This document shows, one piece after another, positions 38,710 through 49,058 of a stretch of DNA of 64,000 nucleotides; positions within the stretch are counted from its first letter, which is position 1, and each line of letters opens with the position of its first letter. The stretch spans positions 23,560,001-23,624,000 of the forward strand of contig CM114271.1 of the NCBI GenBank assembly GCA_050084515.1. The letters run 5' to 3'. The notes beneath the pieces were generated by a model. That model ran no database searches and was not told the origin of the DNA. It saw nothing but the letters and a program-made list of their open reading frames with translations. This DNA is from Blasia pusilla (Eukaryota). The translations under genes were made by a program, and so were the position numbers.

Positions 38710-40395
38710 GCATGAGAACTTAAGTTCTGATAGCCCTTGTTTGGAAAGGGAGAAGGAGTGAGGAGGAGGAGAGCTCTTCATTCAATCGGAATTGAAGTTC
38801 TGCTTTCCCTTGTGAATGTGGTTGAGGAAAGGCAAGGAAGAAGCTACCATGTAGTTTTCCCTCGGTGAGAGGTTGAGAAAGGTTTGGGGTGCCGCTAGTA
38901 TGGAGGATCTAGCGCCACTAGTTTGGAGCCGTTACTGGAGTATAGCTAAGACTGCTAGCCACAAAGTTGGTGGAGTTGAGGGAGGCATGAGAACTTAAGT
39001 TCCAATTCAGAAGGACCCTCCCAAGAAGTAGTTTGGAGCAGAGCGGCAAAGTGAGAATAAAAAATGAGGTTTAGATTCAACAGCAAGCCGAGTCATCTGA
39101 AGGGCGCGGCATTGCACGGCACGGCGCGACAAGGGTGGCAAGGAGCAAGAAAAGGGATTTGGAACTCAAGTTCCATATCGAATAGAGTTGAGCCAAGGCG
39201 TGGTTCACGTGCATGCTAGCCATCTCGACAGCGTAGTGGACATTGGCGTGGCGGGAGTGACAAGGAAGCAAGGAGGATTTGGGACTCAAGTTCCAATTCT
39301 GTCTCAATTGGAGAACTATGGAGCGTCTCAACTGCAATTGACTACTACGGCGTGGCACATTGCGGCGGCGTAGGGAAGTGAAGTGAGGAGGCAATTGGAA
39401 CTTCAATTCCCATTCCACTCATCACTTGTGGGTCTTCTCTAGAAGAAGTTGCAGTGGATAGGAAGGAGGAAATTGGAACTCGAGTTCCCATTCCGCTCCT
39501 CAGTTGTGTTGGGTTCTCTCTATAGGTGGAGAGAATAGTGAGGGAAATCGGAACTGAAGATCTGATCCCTTTTGGCGCGGACCCAAGAAGTGAGGTTGGT
39601 GACACTCTCCATTTCAGCATGGCGTTCAGAGTAAGGAGAGAAGAATTGGAACTCAAGTTTCCATGTCGCGGATTCTCAAGAGGGGCGCAACTCTTCGTCA
39701 AGCGCGGCGAGAGGAAGGAGGAAGAATCAGAACTGTGGTTCTTTCTATCAAGTGCGGCGCATCGCGGCATGTGAAGAAGGGAGGGAGGAGTGAGCAATTG
39801 GAACTGAAGTTCCAATTCCTTCATTCTTTTGTGAAGTCAGGAAGGAAGGAGTGAGCCCAGAGCATTCGGACGTGAAGTTCCAATTCGACACTCTTTTAGA
39901 TGAAGGGAATTTCGTGACGTCCAACTTCCGGGCAAGTTGGCAAAGCAGCACACCAATCGGAACTTGGGTTCCGATTGGGATTAGTCCATTGCCCTTTTCT
40001 ATCCCGAGGTAGTCTCTTTTGGTGTGGGCGAGAATCGGAACCCAAGTTCCAATTCCCACCTTCGTCTCCAACGGATCTGGTTTTTGTGGCGCGAATCGGA
40101 ACTGAAGTTCCCATTCACATGTGAGTTTGGCGCAGCGAAGCGTGGCGGAGAAGTCAGTGGGAATCCAGCACTCTTTCAGGTGAAGGGAATTTTGTGACAT
40201 CCAACCTCCGGGCGAGTTGGCAAAGCGGCGCAGCAATCGGAACCCAAGTTCCAATTGAGATTATTCCGTTGTCCTTTTCTATCCCGAGGTAGTCTCTTTT
40301 GGTGCGGGCAAGAATCAGAACCCAAGTTCCAATTCCCACCTTAGTCTCCAACGGATCTAGTTTTTGTGGCGCGAATTGGAAGTGAAGTTCCCATT
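38710..40395. repeat. Array of ~18 dispersed palindromic motifs, consensus AATTGGAACTCAAGTTCCAATT
   Basis: Copies near 38716, 38787, 38991, 39159, 39279, 39395, 39472, 39548, 39645, 39726, 39797, 39866, 39956, 40033, 40094, 40236, 40313, 40374. Confidence 0.8.
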
Positions 40396-40441
40396 CACAT
40401 GTGAGTTTTGGGCAGCGAAGCGTGGTGGAGAAGTGAGCGGG
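39889..40441 (+). repeat. 280-bp tandem duplication
   Basis: 39889-40168 aligns with 40169-40441. Confidence 0.9.
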
Positions 40442-43400
40442 AGGTAAGGCACACAAGGGAATTTATTCACTTACCTTGCTGCTTATGGAGATGTTTGAGG
40501 GATGATTTCTGGGTGACACACATTGGGGATAAGTGCGTTGGTGAGTGCACGGCACTACCACGACTATTGTAGAGAACTTGGTGGGATGGATGTATACCAC
40601 ACTAGTCAGGAGTGACTTATTGTGCGGGCTATTTGCTGAGTGTTGATCTCAAGTGAGATAAGTAGGGGCGTGTCCACAATTTAGGCATTGTCTAGTGCAG
40701 AGATAGTGGCTCCGGAGCGAGTCATAGTAGTTTGCAGGTTTCACCACGGCGCATCCACAGAGTATTGGGGAGCGTGATAGTGGTAGAAATGGTGGAGGAT
40801 TTACACAGAGTGGGCTAGGTATCGAGGATTTCCACACGCGGAACCAACTCAGCCGCGAGTTGTAGTTTCTCCAGAGGTGACATCAACAGATTTTGAGTTA
40901 CGTGAGACGCCACAGAGTGTCGCGAGTGTCGCCACACCGTTGTTGTGGGACATGGATGATCGTGATACATATGGGTCCATGAGGAAACCCTGACGATTCT
41001 CAGGCACGGTGTGAACCATCAAGTCGGATGATTTTATGGAAGAGTTTGATAGTTGGAGCGATGGAGAGAGGATGCGAAACGGACAAGGATTCGACCCTTT
41101 TATTGCGTGGAAGGAACTTTTTCAACATCTAGAGGGTTGCGGGTACCTCGGCCCGCACAGACATGGACTTTGTCTGTGTGCAACCTTGATTACTGTGGAG
41201 TCGAAGTAAGTCCATGTCCATGATTGCTAGTTCCAATGGGGGGATTTTTGGAAATTTTTGTGGGGTTTGTCTCTTGATATGGATGGAGGGGACGATGGTA
41301 TCCTATTGGTGAGTTGTATCTATGCCTAGACCCAAACCAACCGCATGTGTGGGGACTTACGGATCGTCCTGTCGAGGATATAAAATGCCCTTGTTGTCCT
41401 GAATTCTTTGCTCGTTCAAGAATTTGGAACCACTACGTGGCAAAACATCCTAACTTTGACAGATTTCGATGGATGGTTCCTCCATTCAACCATGGATGCT
41501 CTCCAGTGCTTCCCGCATTATCACACCCTCCTAAGTCATGCGAATGGTTGAGGGAGGATCCACCTTGGCAACATCATAGATCTCTCCGAGACCCATTTTC
41601 CCTGCCCAAGGTTATTCCATATGATCCCCTATGCTTTTCGGGATGACCTGCGTTATGTTTTTCTCCTCCCCTTATCTATCTCTCTTTGTGTCTACAACTT
41701 CTCCTTTCAAGATGATGTCTCCGCTATACACAAGAAGGTTGTGGTCCAACTGAGGCATTTTCAAGGAGATGATTGGAAGTTTGTATAGGGCGAGTTTGTG
41801 GCATATGCTAGAGGTAGCACCTCACTTGTTTTCCAGGTGGATGATTTCGTAGCAGCCAGATTGCGATGATGTAGGACACTTGGACGAGGTTTTGAGTACT
41901 CAGAGGCTTGTCACGTCTTTTAGGATAGATCAGTGAGATCTAATAGAGCGCCTTCGTGAGTAGTGGAGGACACGCTCAGTAGGTCGCGGATGACCAGCTG
42001 AGGCCCCACGAAACTTGAGAGAGCAGGTTTCTCCTTCGTTTCGGCTCATTTGGATCCATATTGAGGAACTTACTATTTTAGGTAAGTACCATTTTGAGTA
42101 TATGATCGACTTTCTATTTTTGGTAAGTGGCCCTTGATCTCCTACATGAGGTCAAGAGCCAAGGAGGTGACTTGGGAGAATAGGTTACCATGGAGAGAGC
42201 TTGGGAGAGGGGAGGGGTATACCTCAAGGAGAGAAAGCTTGAGAGCTCATTCTCTCTTTGCATGAGGCGGCGGAGCTATGGTACCTTGCCTTGTGAGTGT
42301 AACCCAAGCCTCTCAATAGGAGAACTGGTTTGGTTTGACATGAGAGAGAGTGCACACCTTTGAGAGCTATGGTGTGAGATGGTGTAGAAAGAGATTGGAT
42401 CTTACTTTACAAAGAGAGAATGAGAGAAAGAGAGAAAGAGAGAATGAGAGAATGAGAGAGTGAGAGAGTGAGAGAGTTTCATGGGGGAGCTCGCTGGTCA
42501 CTCGCTGTTTTTGCAGGTTGAGGACCGTGTTCCCCGTTTAGCGGCTCATGGGAGTGCTCACCGGAGCAAGGGTTGCTTTGATTGTTCTTTGCATTTGCCG
42601 ATCTTTCGTGTGGAAGAGTGGCGCGCGGAGGCGCTGCCCAATTTTTTATAGGGATTGAGTATGGGGGCGGGTTGCTCCATGCTGGTCCTCTCGGGAGCAC
42701 CATGTAGCTTGCTGATTTGTATTTTTACAGGTTTTACATTTTTGTTGGGAGAAATCAGCTCAGAAGCGCTGCCGAATTTTGTGTAGGAGAAAGAGACATT
42801 GAGCTTTACGACAGTCCCCGTCAGTTTTTACTCGAATGTCCGATTCTAAATATTTCTTGACGCTATCGTAGATCGTGAAGTTCTGCAGGTTGTGCAAAAA
42901 ATAGTGCGCAATTTGGAGTTGCGAGCAGAAAGGTATGGTCAATCTTGCAAAACTACCATTGCTAGGCGATTTTTAGGGTTAAATTGTTCAAACCCTAAAC
43001 CAGCCGCCACGCCGGCGGCGGCCGTCGCCGTCATAGTCACCGTCAACGGTCCGCCATCGATGGTAAACCGTCACCATCAACGGTCAACCATCACGATCAG
43101 CGGTCAACCGTCACTGTCAACGGTCCACCGTCCATTGTCCACCCTTTGGGTACCATTGCAGCCATTACGGAGTGGAGGGTCTTCCACGACGTTCGTTGAT
43201 TCCCTGACTTGCTAATTGGAGGAGTTGTCTCCACGATCAAGTTGGGGTCGAGATTTACAGTTGCTAAGGAGCGACATCGACATGTGTTCAGGTTACCCAT
43301 TCTGGTCCTTTATCCTACACGTGTGAGGGATTCTGGGATTTGGGTAGTTTATTTGGGGATATTGGGTGTGTGGATGTTGAGAGCATCATTTATGTATGTG

Positions 43401-43884
43401 GTTTAGGGGACATAGACCTGTGTGGGATGTCCGGAGTTGAGGGTAGGTTGTCGATGAGATGATAGCCTGGTCGATTTGCCGCATCACGCCGCGTGTTGCC
43501 GCACGTTACACGTCTCGGAGAGAGAGACTGTAGATCGAGTGCCGCATGTTTGGGATGAGTGATTGAGGGATTACTCATGAGGTTCAGAGCGATCGGGTGA
43601 GAGGGGCACGAGGGTCATCACGGAGTCCGTTCGGGACTTTGAGAGGCGAGGTGGTGAACCCGAGAGTAGCTCTAGAGGTTTTACGCGGAGTGGCGCAAGG
43701 TTCTGAGGGTCTCCACGTGAGGGACCACCTCGATGTCCTTCTGTGTCATCGTCAGACGAGGGGGAGGGTGTAGAGGAGTTTGTGAGCACATCGCCACACA
43801 TTGTGAGTGGTCCTACCAGTTGGGCGTACGAGATGGACGGACGGGGGGTAGAGGACGCGTAGGTTTTAGTGTGTGAGGCACGAT

Positions 43885-45985
43885 TGAGTTGCACGATTTT
43901 ATAGCAGAGTTTAGGAGTTGATGCAACTCCCAGCGGGTCAGGAACTCTAGAGAGTTCAACCCGTTTACAACATGGAACGGTATGTTCCAACATTTAGAGG
44001 GGGCGCCCATGGACCATTACCATGAGTTCTCTCAGAGATATGCATGTGAGATCGAGGCGTGGAGGCTCTACTATGGCCCACATTATGTGTCATGGACGGA
44101 GCCATTCCCAGATGAAGAGGAGGAGTTAGGAGAGGCTACTGCCTCTTCCACTAGTGACGTTTTAGGAGGGATCACTCGCACGGGAGCAGTTGCACGGTCT
44201 AGTCGGGTTCGTCCCAAGTTCAACCCTGTGGTTGAGTTCTTTGTTGAGTTGAGGGCGAGCTACCAGGGGGTACGGACGAAGAAGTTGCGGAGCATCCAAG
44301 ACTTCCAGAGGCGCCCAGGTGAGAGTTTGCGTGAGGCTTACACTTGCTTGCGCCGGTTGATCAACGTCACTCAGGGGGTGACAGAGGCTCAGACTATCCA
44401 GTCATGGTACGCGATGCTGGATCGGACCCTGCGGACATGGGTGCGGGAGGGGTGCTTGTTATGAACACCTCCCCTACATTGAGAGATGTTCTTAGGACCA
44501 CCGAGAACATTGAGCGCAACATGGAGGAGGAGAGCGTAGCCACCATGGGTCCTCGGCGAGAGTAGTCACGATTGTCTGCACCACCTGTGCAGCAACGTGG
44601 ACTCCGAGATAGGTCGACTATGGCACCACGAGCTTAGGGAGGATACCGGGAGGCCGTGCCACAGAGACATGCGCCTTCATATGCGGCTCAGCAACATCCG
44701 CCTCCTATTACTTGTTGGTCATGTGGTGGAGCCCATCATCAGCGCGATTGCACTCGTCAAGGTCATGGACGTGTGCCTCAGCATGGAGGAGGAGATGGTG
44801 AGGTAGAGTACCACCACCTAGACGCGCCGAGGGACACGCCGGACGTGAGGTTGCGATGGCTGCTCAGATACACCAGCTACAGGAGCAGATTGCCGCTATG
44901 GCATTGAGGTTACCCGATGCCAGATCCGTGGCATCGACATCATATGGAGCAGCCAAAGATCTAGAGGATCCTGGATGGATGTGTGGGGTTGCCCAGATGG
45001 AGGCCGCCGTAGTTCTGACGCGTGGAGCAGCCGCACAGTTGGATCCACAGCGAGGGGAAGCCAGAAGACAGACTAGGCTTCCTCAGTCTTTCACGTCCTC
45101 CGAAGCGATGAGGACCCCATCGATGGATCCTCATCAAAGTTCCTGGAGAGTTGGTGATGTTGTTGGTGTGCAAGCACGGAGGGCGATGGGAGAAGCGAGT
45201 GCGACGACTCCTATTGTTGATGCTCAGGAGGGGCATATGTCGAGCACGTTGTTGGGGGCGGCCACCGTTGTGTACCGCACTCCTTTATTTTCTGCTTCCG
45301 ATGTTATGACGTTGGGGGCTACGCCCGCCGAGGCTTTTCGGCTGGTCGCTTCACTATGTGAGCACGGAGTTGGAGTTTCTGCATCACATTCAGAGGTGAT
45401 TGGAGAGGAGGTGATGGACTAGCCCTTAGAGCGGATGCTCGGGCCGTCCACGTCAGATTCATGGCAGGCTACGGCTGCTAGGATGGCGGAGATGCCCGCT
45501 AGACCCGCGATAGAGCGTGCCATGGCTTCTCCTGGTGTTGTGTTGCGGGATAACCGAGGAGAGGTCTTCCAGTTGGTGAGTCCTGGAGGTAGGGCTTTAA
45601 GTCCGCAGCGCGTCTTGTTGGATTCAGGAGCGCAACCCTTGATGTTGGGGAAAGCGTCATTTAGAGGATTGGGCTTGACGAGAGCCGATGTAGAGCGTTG
45701 TCCATTACGGATATAGACATCCTTGGGTGGAGCGAGTACCATACAGTATCTCACCCGACAGGAGGTCCTGGTGAGGATTCGCCCGAGACATCCTACAGAT
45801 GAGTCCGTGGCGCGCGCCAAGGCGATAGTGACTGATGCAGAGTCCTACGACATCTTGGTTGGTGAAGTAGTGTTATACCCGATGGGGTTTTCCCTGGATT
45901 ACTGGGAGGAGTCGGCCCTACTGGACCAGGATGGCGTCGGTGATGGGCGCCTTAGCTCATTACCCGTTCGATTCACAGTGCGATG
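43885..45985 (+). pseudogene. gag: gag and protease of copy 2
   Basis: FNPFTTWNGMFQHLEGAPMD, FQRRPGESLREAY, CWSCGGAHHQRDC, VLLDSGAQPLMLG, YDILVG. Confidence 0.85.
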
Positions 45986-46329
45986 ATCGAGCAACGGCCG
46001 GGAGAGATGGCGACCTTAGCAAAGATTTAGCAAAGCGGTGCCATCACTTGGCCTAGTGATTTGATTGAGGGACATGTCCATGCAGAGGATACTCCCGTTC
46101 CTGACATTTCTATGGAGAGGAGTGTTATGGTAGCTGCATCATTCCGTGGAGGAGAGGTGCCGTTGTGGGGCTCGGACCGAGGAGCTTCAACGATTGGCGA
46201 GATGAGCACGTCATCACGCGTGGAGCGAGGCGTTTGCACCGAGCGTGGCAGTCGAGGAACTGAGGTAGCAAGGAGTGCTACGATGACACCCTTGGATACC
46301 ACACCCATTGTGTGGTGTACCCCGGAGGA

Positions 46330-47290
46330 GGGTATTTGAGTGTTAGATCTCTTTGGAGGCATAAGCACTGGGTTAGCTACTTTTTTGTAGGCAGGAGTGC
46401 AAGTACAACAGTACCTGTATGTGGAGAGTGATGATGTTGCAAGGCGCGTCTCACTACGACATGTGGCGCAATTACGCCTACGTTTTCCCGACTTATTATC
46501 TGCGTCCGCAGTACAGGGGTTCCAGAGTTCCCTACCAAGGGATATTTTGTTGTTGGGGGCGTAGGACTTAGAGCCGGTAGGGACCATTGATTTGGTCATT
46601 TCCGGTTCGCTATGTCAGGGCCAATCGAGTACTGGACCAGGCAGCGGGTTGGCTGACACTCGGTCCAGGTTGTTTTGGGAGATGTTCAGGGTCTTACGGT
46701 AGTTGCAGGAGCACCTGTCTCGTTCTCTAGCGTACATTCTAGAGAATGTGACGATCTTAGGAGACTCTTGGTCACAGGTGGTGACGAGTGCTCATCAGGT
46801 GCGTGCCTGGATCGGCCTACCAGTGTTCTTGGATGTGGCGAGTGTAGGTTCTAGAGCCCATCGCCCGCGTCTATGGTGGACCAACTTGGTGCCCCATGCG
46901 ATGTTATGGAGGGCGTATGCGAGAGTGGAGCGCCCCTCCCATTTATTAGTGGATTGCATTCTGGATCAGGTCGTCAATCATAGGCAGTGAGGCACGATGA
47001 TCGACCACCGTTGACTGTGGTCAACAGAGTAGGCACGCCGCGGGCAGCCTTGCCCACGTTTGTGAGTTTTCCCGCTTCCTATGCATACAAGGAGGCCTGT
47101 CCTGGCTTGGTTTGGGATGACCAGGTTTAGCGGTTGGTGGAGCCCAACGCCAACGAGAGAGAGCGAGCGATGGGATTTCCCACAGGAGTGACGGCAGTAC
47201 CATCAGTGTCAGAGGCATCACGACGTCATGTCTTGGGTCAGGCGATGGACCAGAACTGCTTGACATGGATCCTCGGCTTGGGAGGAGGTG
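46330..47290 (+). pseudogene. C5 DNA methyltransferase domain of copy 2 (stops; motif IV reads GSLCQ)
   Basis: VLDLFGGISTG, YLYVE, IDLVISGSLCQG, DTRSRLFWEMFRV, YILENV, SRAHRPRLWWTNL, ERERAMGF. Confidence 0.88.
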
Positions 47291-47619
47291 GCGGCGTCGT
47301 ATGAGATCGCGACAGATCACAGCGGTTGCGTTGGTGAGCCCCATGCCTACCGAGACGGTGGAGGCAGTGGCTGGGGGTGAGACCCGAGGAAATCTACGCA
47401 CCAGGGGAGATCAGGAGAGACACCCTTGGACTTCTTGGGATGTTTTGCAAGTACGCAAGGAGATGATAGCCACAAAATCGAGCGTGGTTTCGGGCACTAC
47501 ACGTGGAGGAGATCAGAGTTTAAAGTTGGCTGCAGGAGAGCGGCCGAGTGTTGTTGTTCGAGACGGGGTTGCACCATAGCAACCACTGATACCCGCGCCG
47601 GAGAGTCCTACCGTAGTCA

Positions 47620-49058
47620 CGATGGAGACTTGGGAGCCAGATATGGGCCCTAAGTTGACAGGAGGAGAGCGGCGCCGAATACATCAATTCCTCAGGAGTT
47701 ATAGGAGCTGCTTTGTGTTAAGCATGGAGGATTTGGGTACGCTGAAGGGACCGGGGATCCGCATTGAGTTGTCGAGTGATATGCCGATCTTCCGACGACC
47801 CCTAGGTACTGATGATATGGAGAGGGCTCGATTGAGTAGGAGCCAGGACTTGGTCGGAGCAGGACTAGTGGAGATGTCGCATGGGGAATATGTATCTGCC
47901 ACTGTCATGCCCGCCAAGAAGGATGTGCATGGCAACTGGACGGATAGGCGGATGTGTGGGGATTACCGACCTATCAATCGGCAGACGAAGTCCGATAGGT
48001 ATGCCATGCCCACCCCTGAGGAGATCTTTGATGCGATTGGTCACACAAAGGTCTTTAGGTCATTGGATTTGCGAGCCGGATACCATCAGCTAGCTATCAG
48101 ATTGGAGGACAGGCAGAAGACAGCATTTTGGGGCATCGATCCTCACGGGAAGGATTGTTTGTACCAGTGGTGGTTATTACCATTTGGGTTAAAGAACGCC
48201 CCGACTGAGTTTTAGAGGGTCATGGATAGGATCTTGGCTGGTCTGGATTTTGCTAGGTGTTATATTCATGACATCGTAGTCTTTAGCGCCACGGTTGAGG
48301 AGCATGAGCAACATCTAGAGGAGGTGTTTCGACGATTGCAATTACATGGGCTGAAGCTACATCCAGGCAAGTGGAAGTTCTTCTACGACCAGATTGAGTA
48401 CTTGGGTCATACGATATACCCAGGGGGCCTTGGTGTTCAGCTGACGAAGGTAGAGGCTATCTCACACATTCCACGCCCTACACATGTGAGTCGTGTTCGT
48501 GCATTCATGGGATTGGCGAACTTCTATCGGCGATACGTCAAGGGATTCAGCAAGCCGCTGACCTTGCTGACCAAGGTGGATCACGAGTGGCACTGGGGGG
48601 ATGAGCAGGGGCGGGCATTTCAGTTGCTCAAGGACAGGTTGACGTTCGCATCCATCTTGAGGAGACCGATCAGGGGGGCGTCCTTTCCAGTTGCACACAG
48701 ATTGGAGCATGTTGGGGCGGTGCTCACCCGGCATGATGATGAGGGTAGAGAGTTCGTGGTGGCTTACGCTAGCCGCTCGAACAACGCTGCAGAGGCAAAG
48801 TACAGCTCGTATGAGGGTGAGTGCTTGGCTGGGGTGTGGGTTGTCGCGCATTTCAGGTGTAACTTATTCGGAAACCCCTTTAACATCATCACTGATCATC
48901 AACCACTGAAGTGGTTGATGAAGTCCGACAAGCTTACAGGGAAGCTTGCGAGATGGGCTCTGCTGTTGCAGGAGTATGATTTTCAGGTGGTACATAGACC
49001 TAGGATGCTCAACCACGATGAAGATGGGTTGAGTCGTAACCCATGCCCGAGTCAGTGA
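47620..49058 (+). pseudogene. pol: RT and RNase H of copy 2
   Basis: RMCGDYRPIN, LDLRAGYHQL, PFGLKNAPTEF, YIHDIVV, YSSYEGECLA, TDHQPL, DGLSR. Confidence 0.92.

Larger units (their letters stand above)
37410..41138 (+). mobile_element. 5' part of a third (W) subfamily member of the DNMT-Gypsy family: left end, long leader, gag start, cut by a LINE
   Basis: Starts TATCGTGG (decayed TGTC..) exactly where the Copia RT stops. Shares GGCTCATTTGGAGC and GGGGTATAC with the X left end. gag motif DDFMEEFDSW...FDPFIAWKELFQHLEG at ~41027-41137. Confidence 0.65.

Noticed and set aside
38710-40395. CRISPR array or LexA (GAAC-N4-GTTC) SOS boxes
   Set aside because: Eukaryotic TE context, degenerate repeats, irregular spacer lengths, no cas or other bacterial genes.
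39077-40456. Repetitive ORFs (WELQF/ELELKF) as a repeat protein
   Set aside because: They are translations of the palindromic DNA motif, appear on both strands and in several frames, and are not a coherent CDS.
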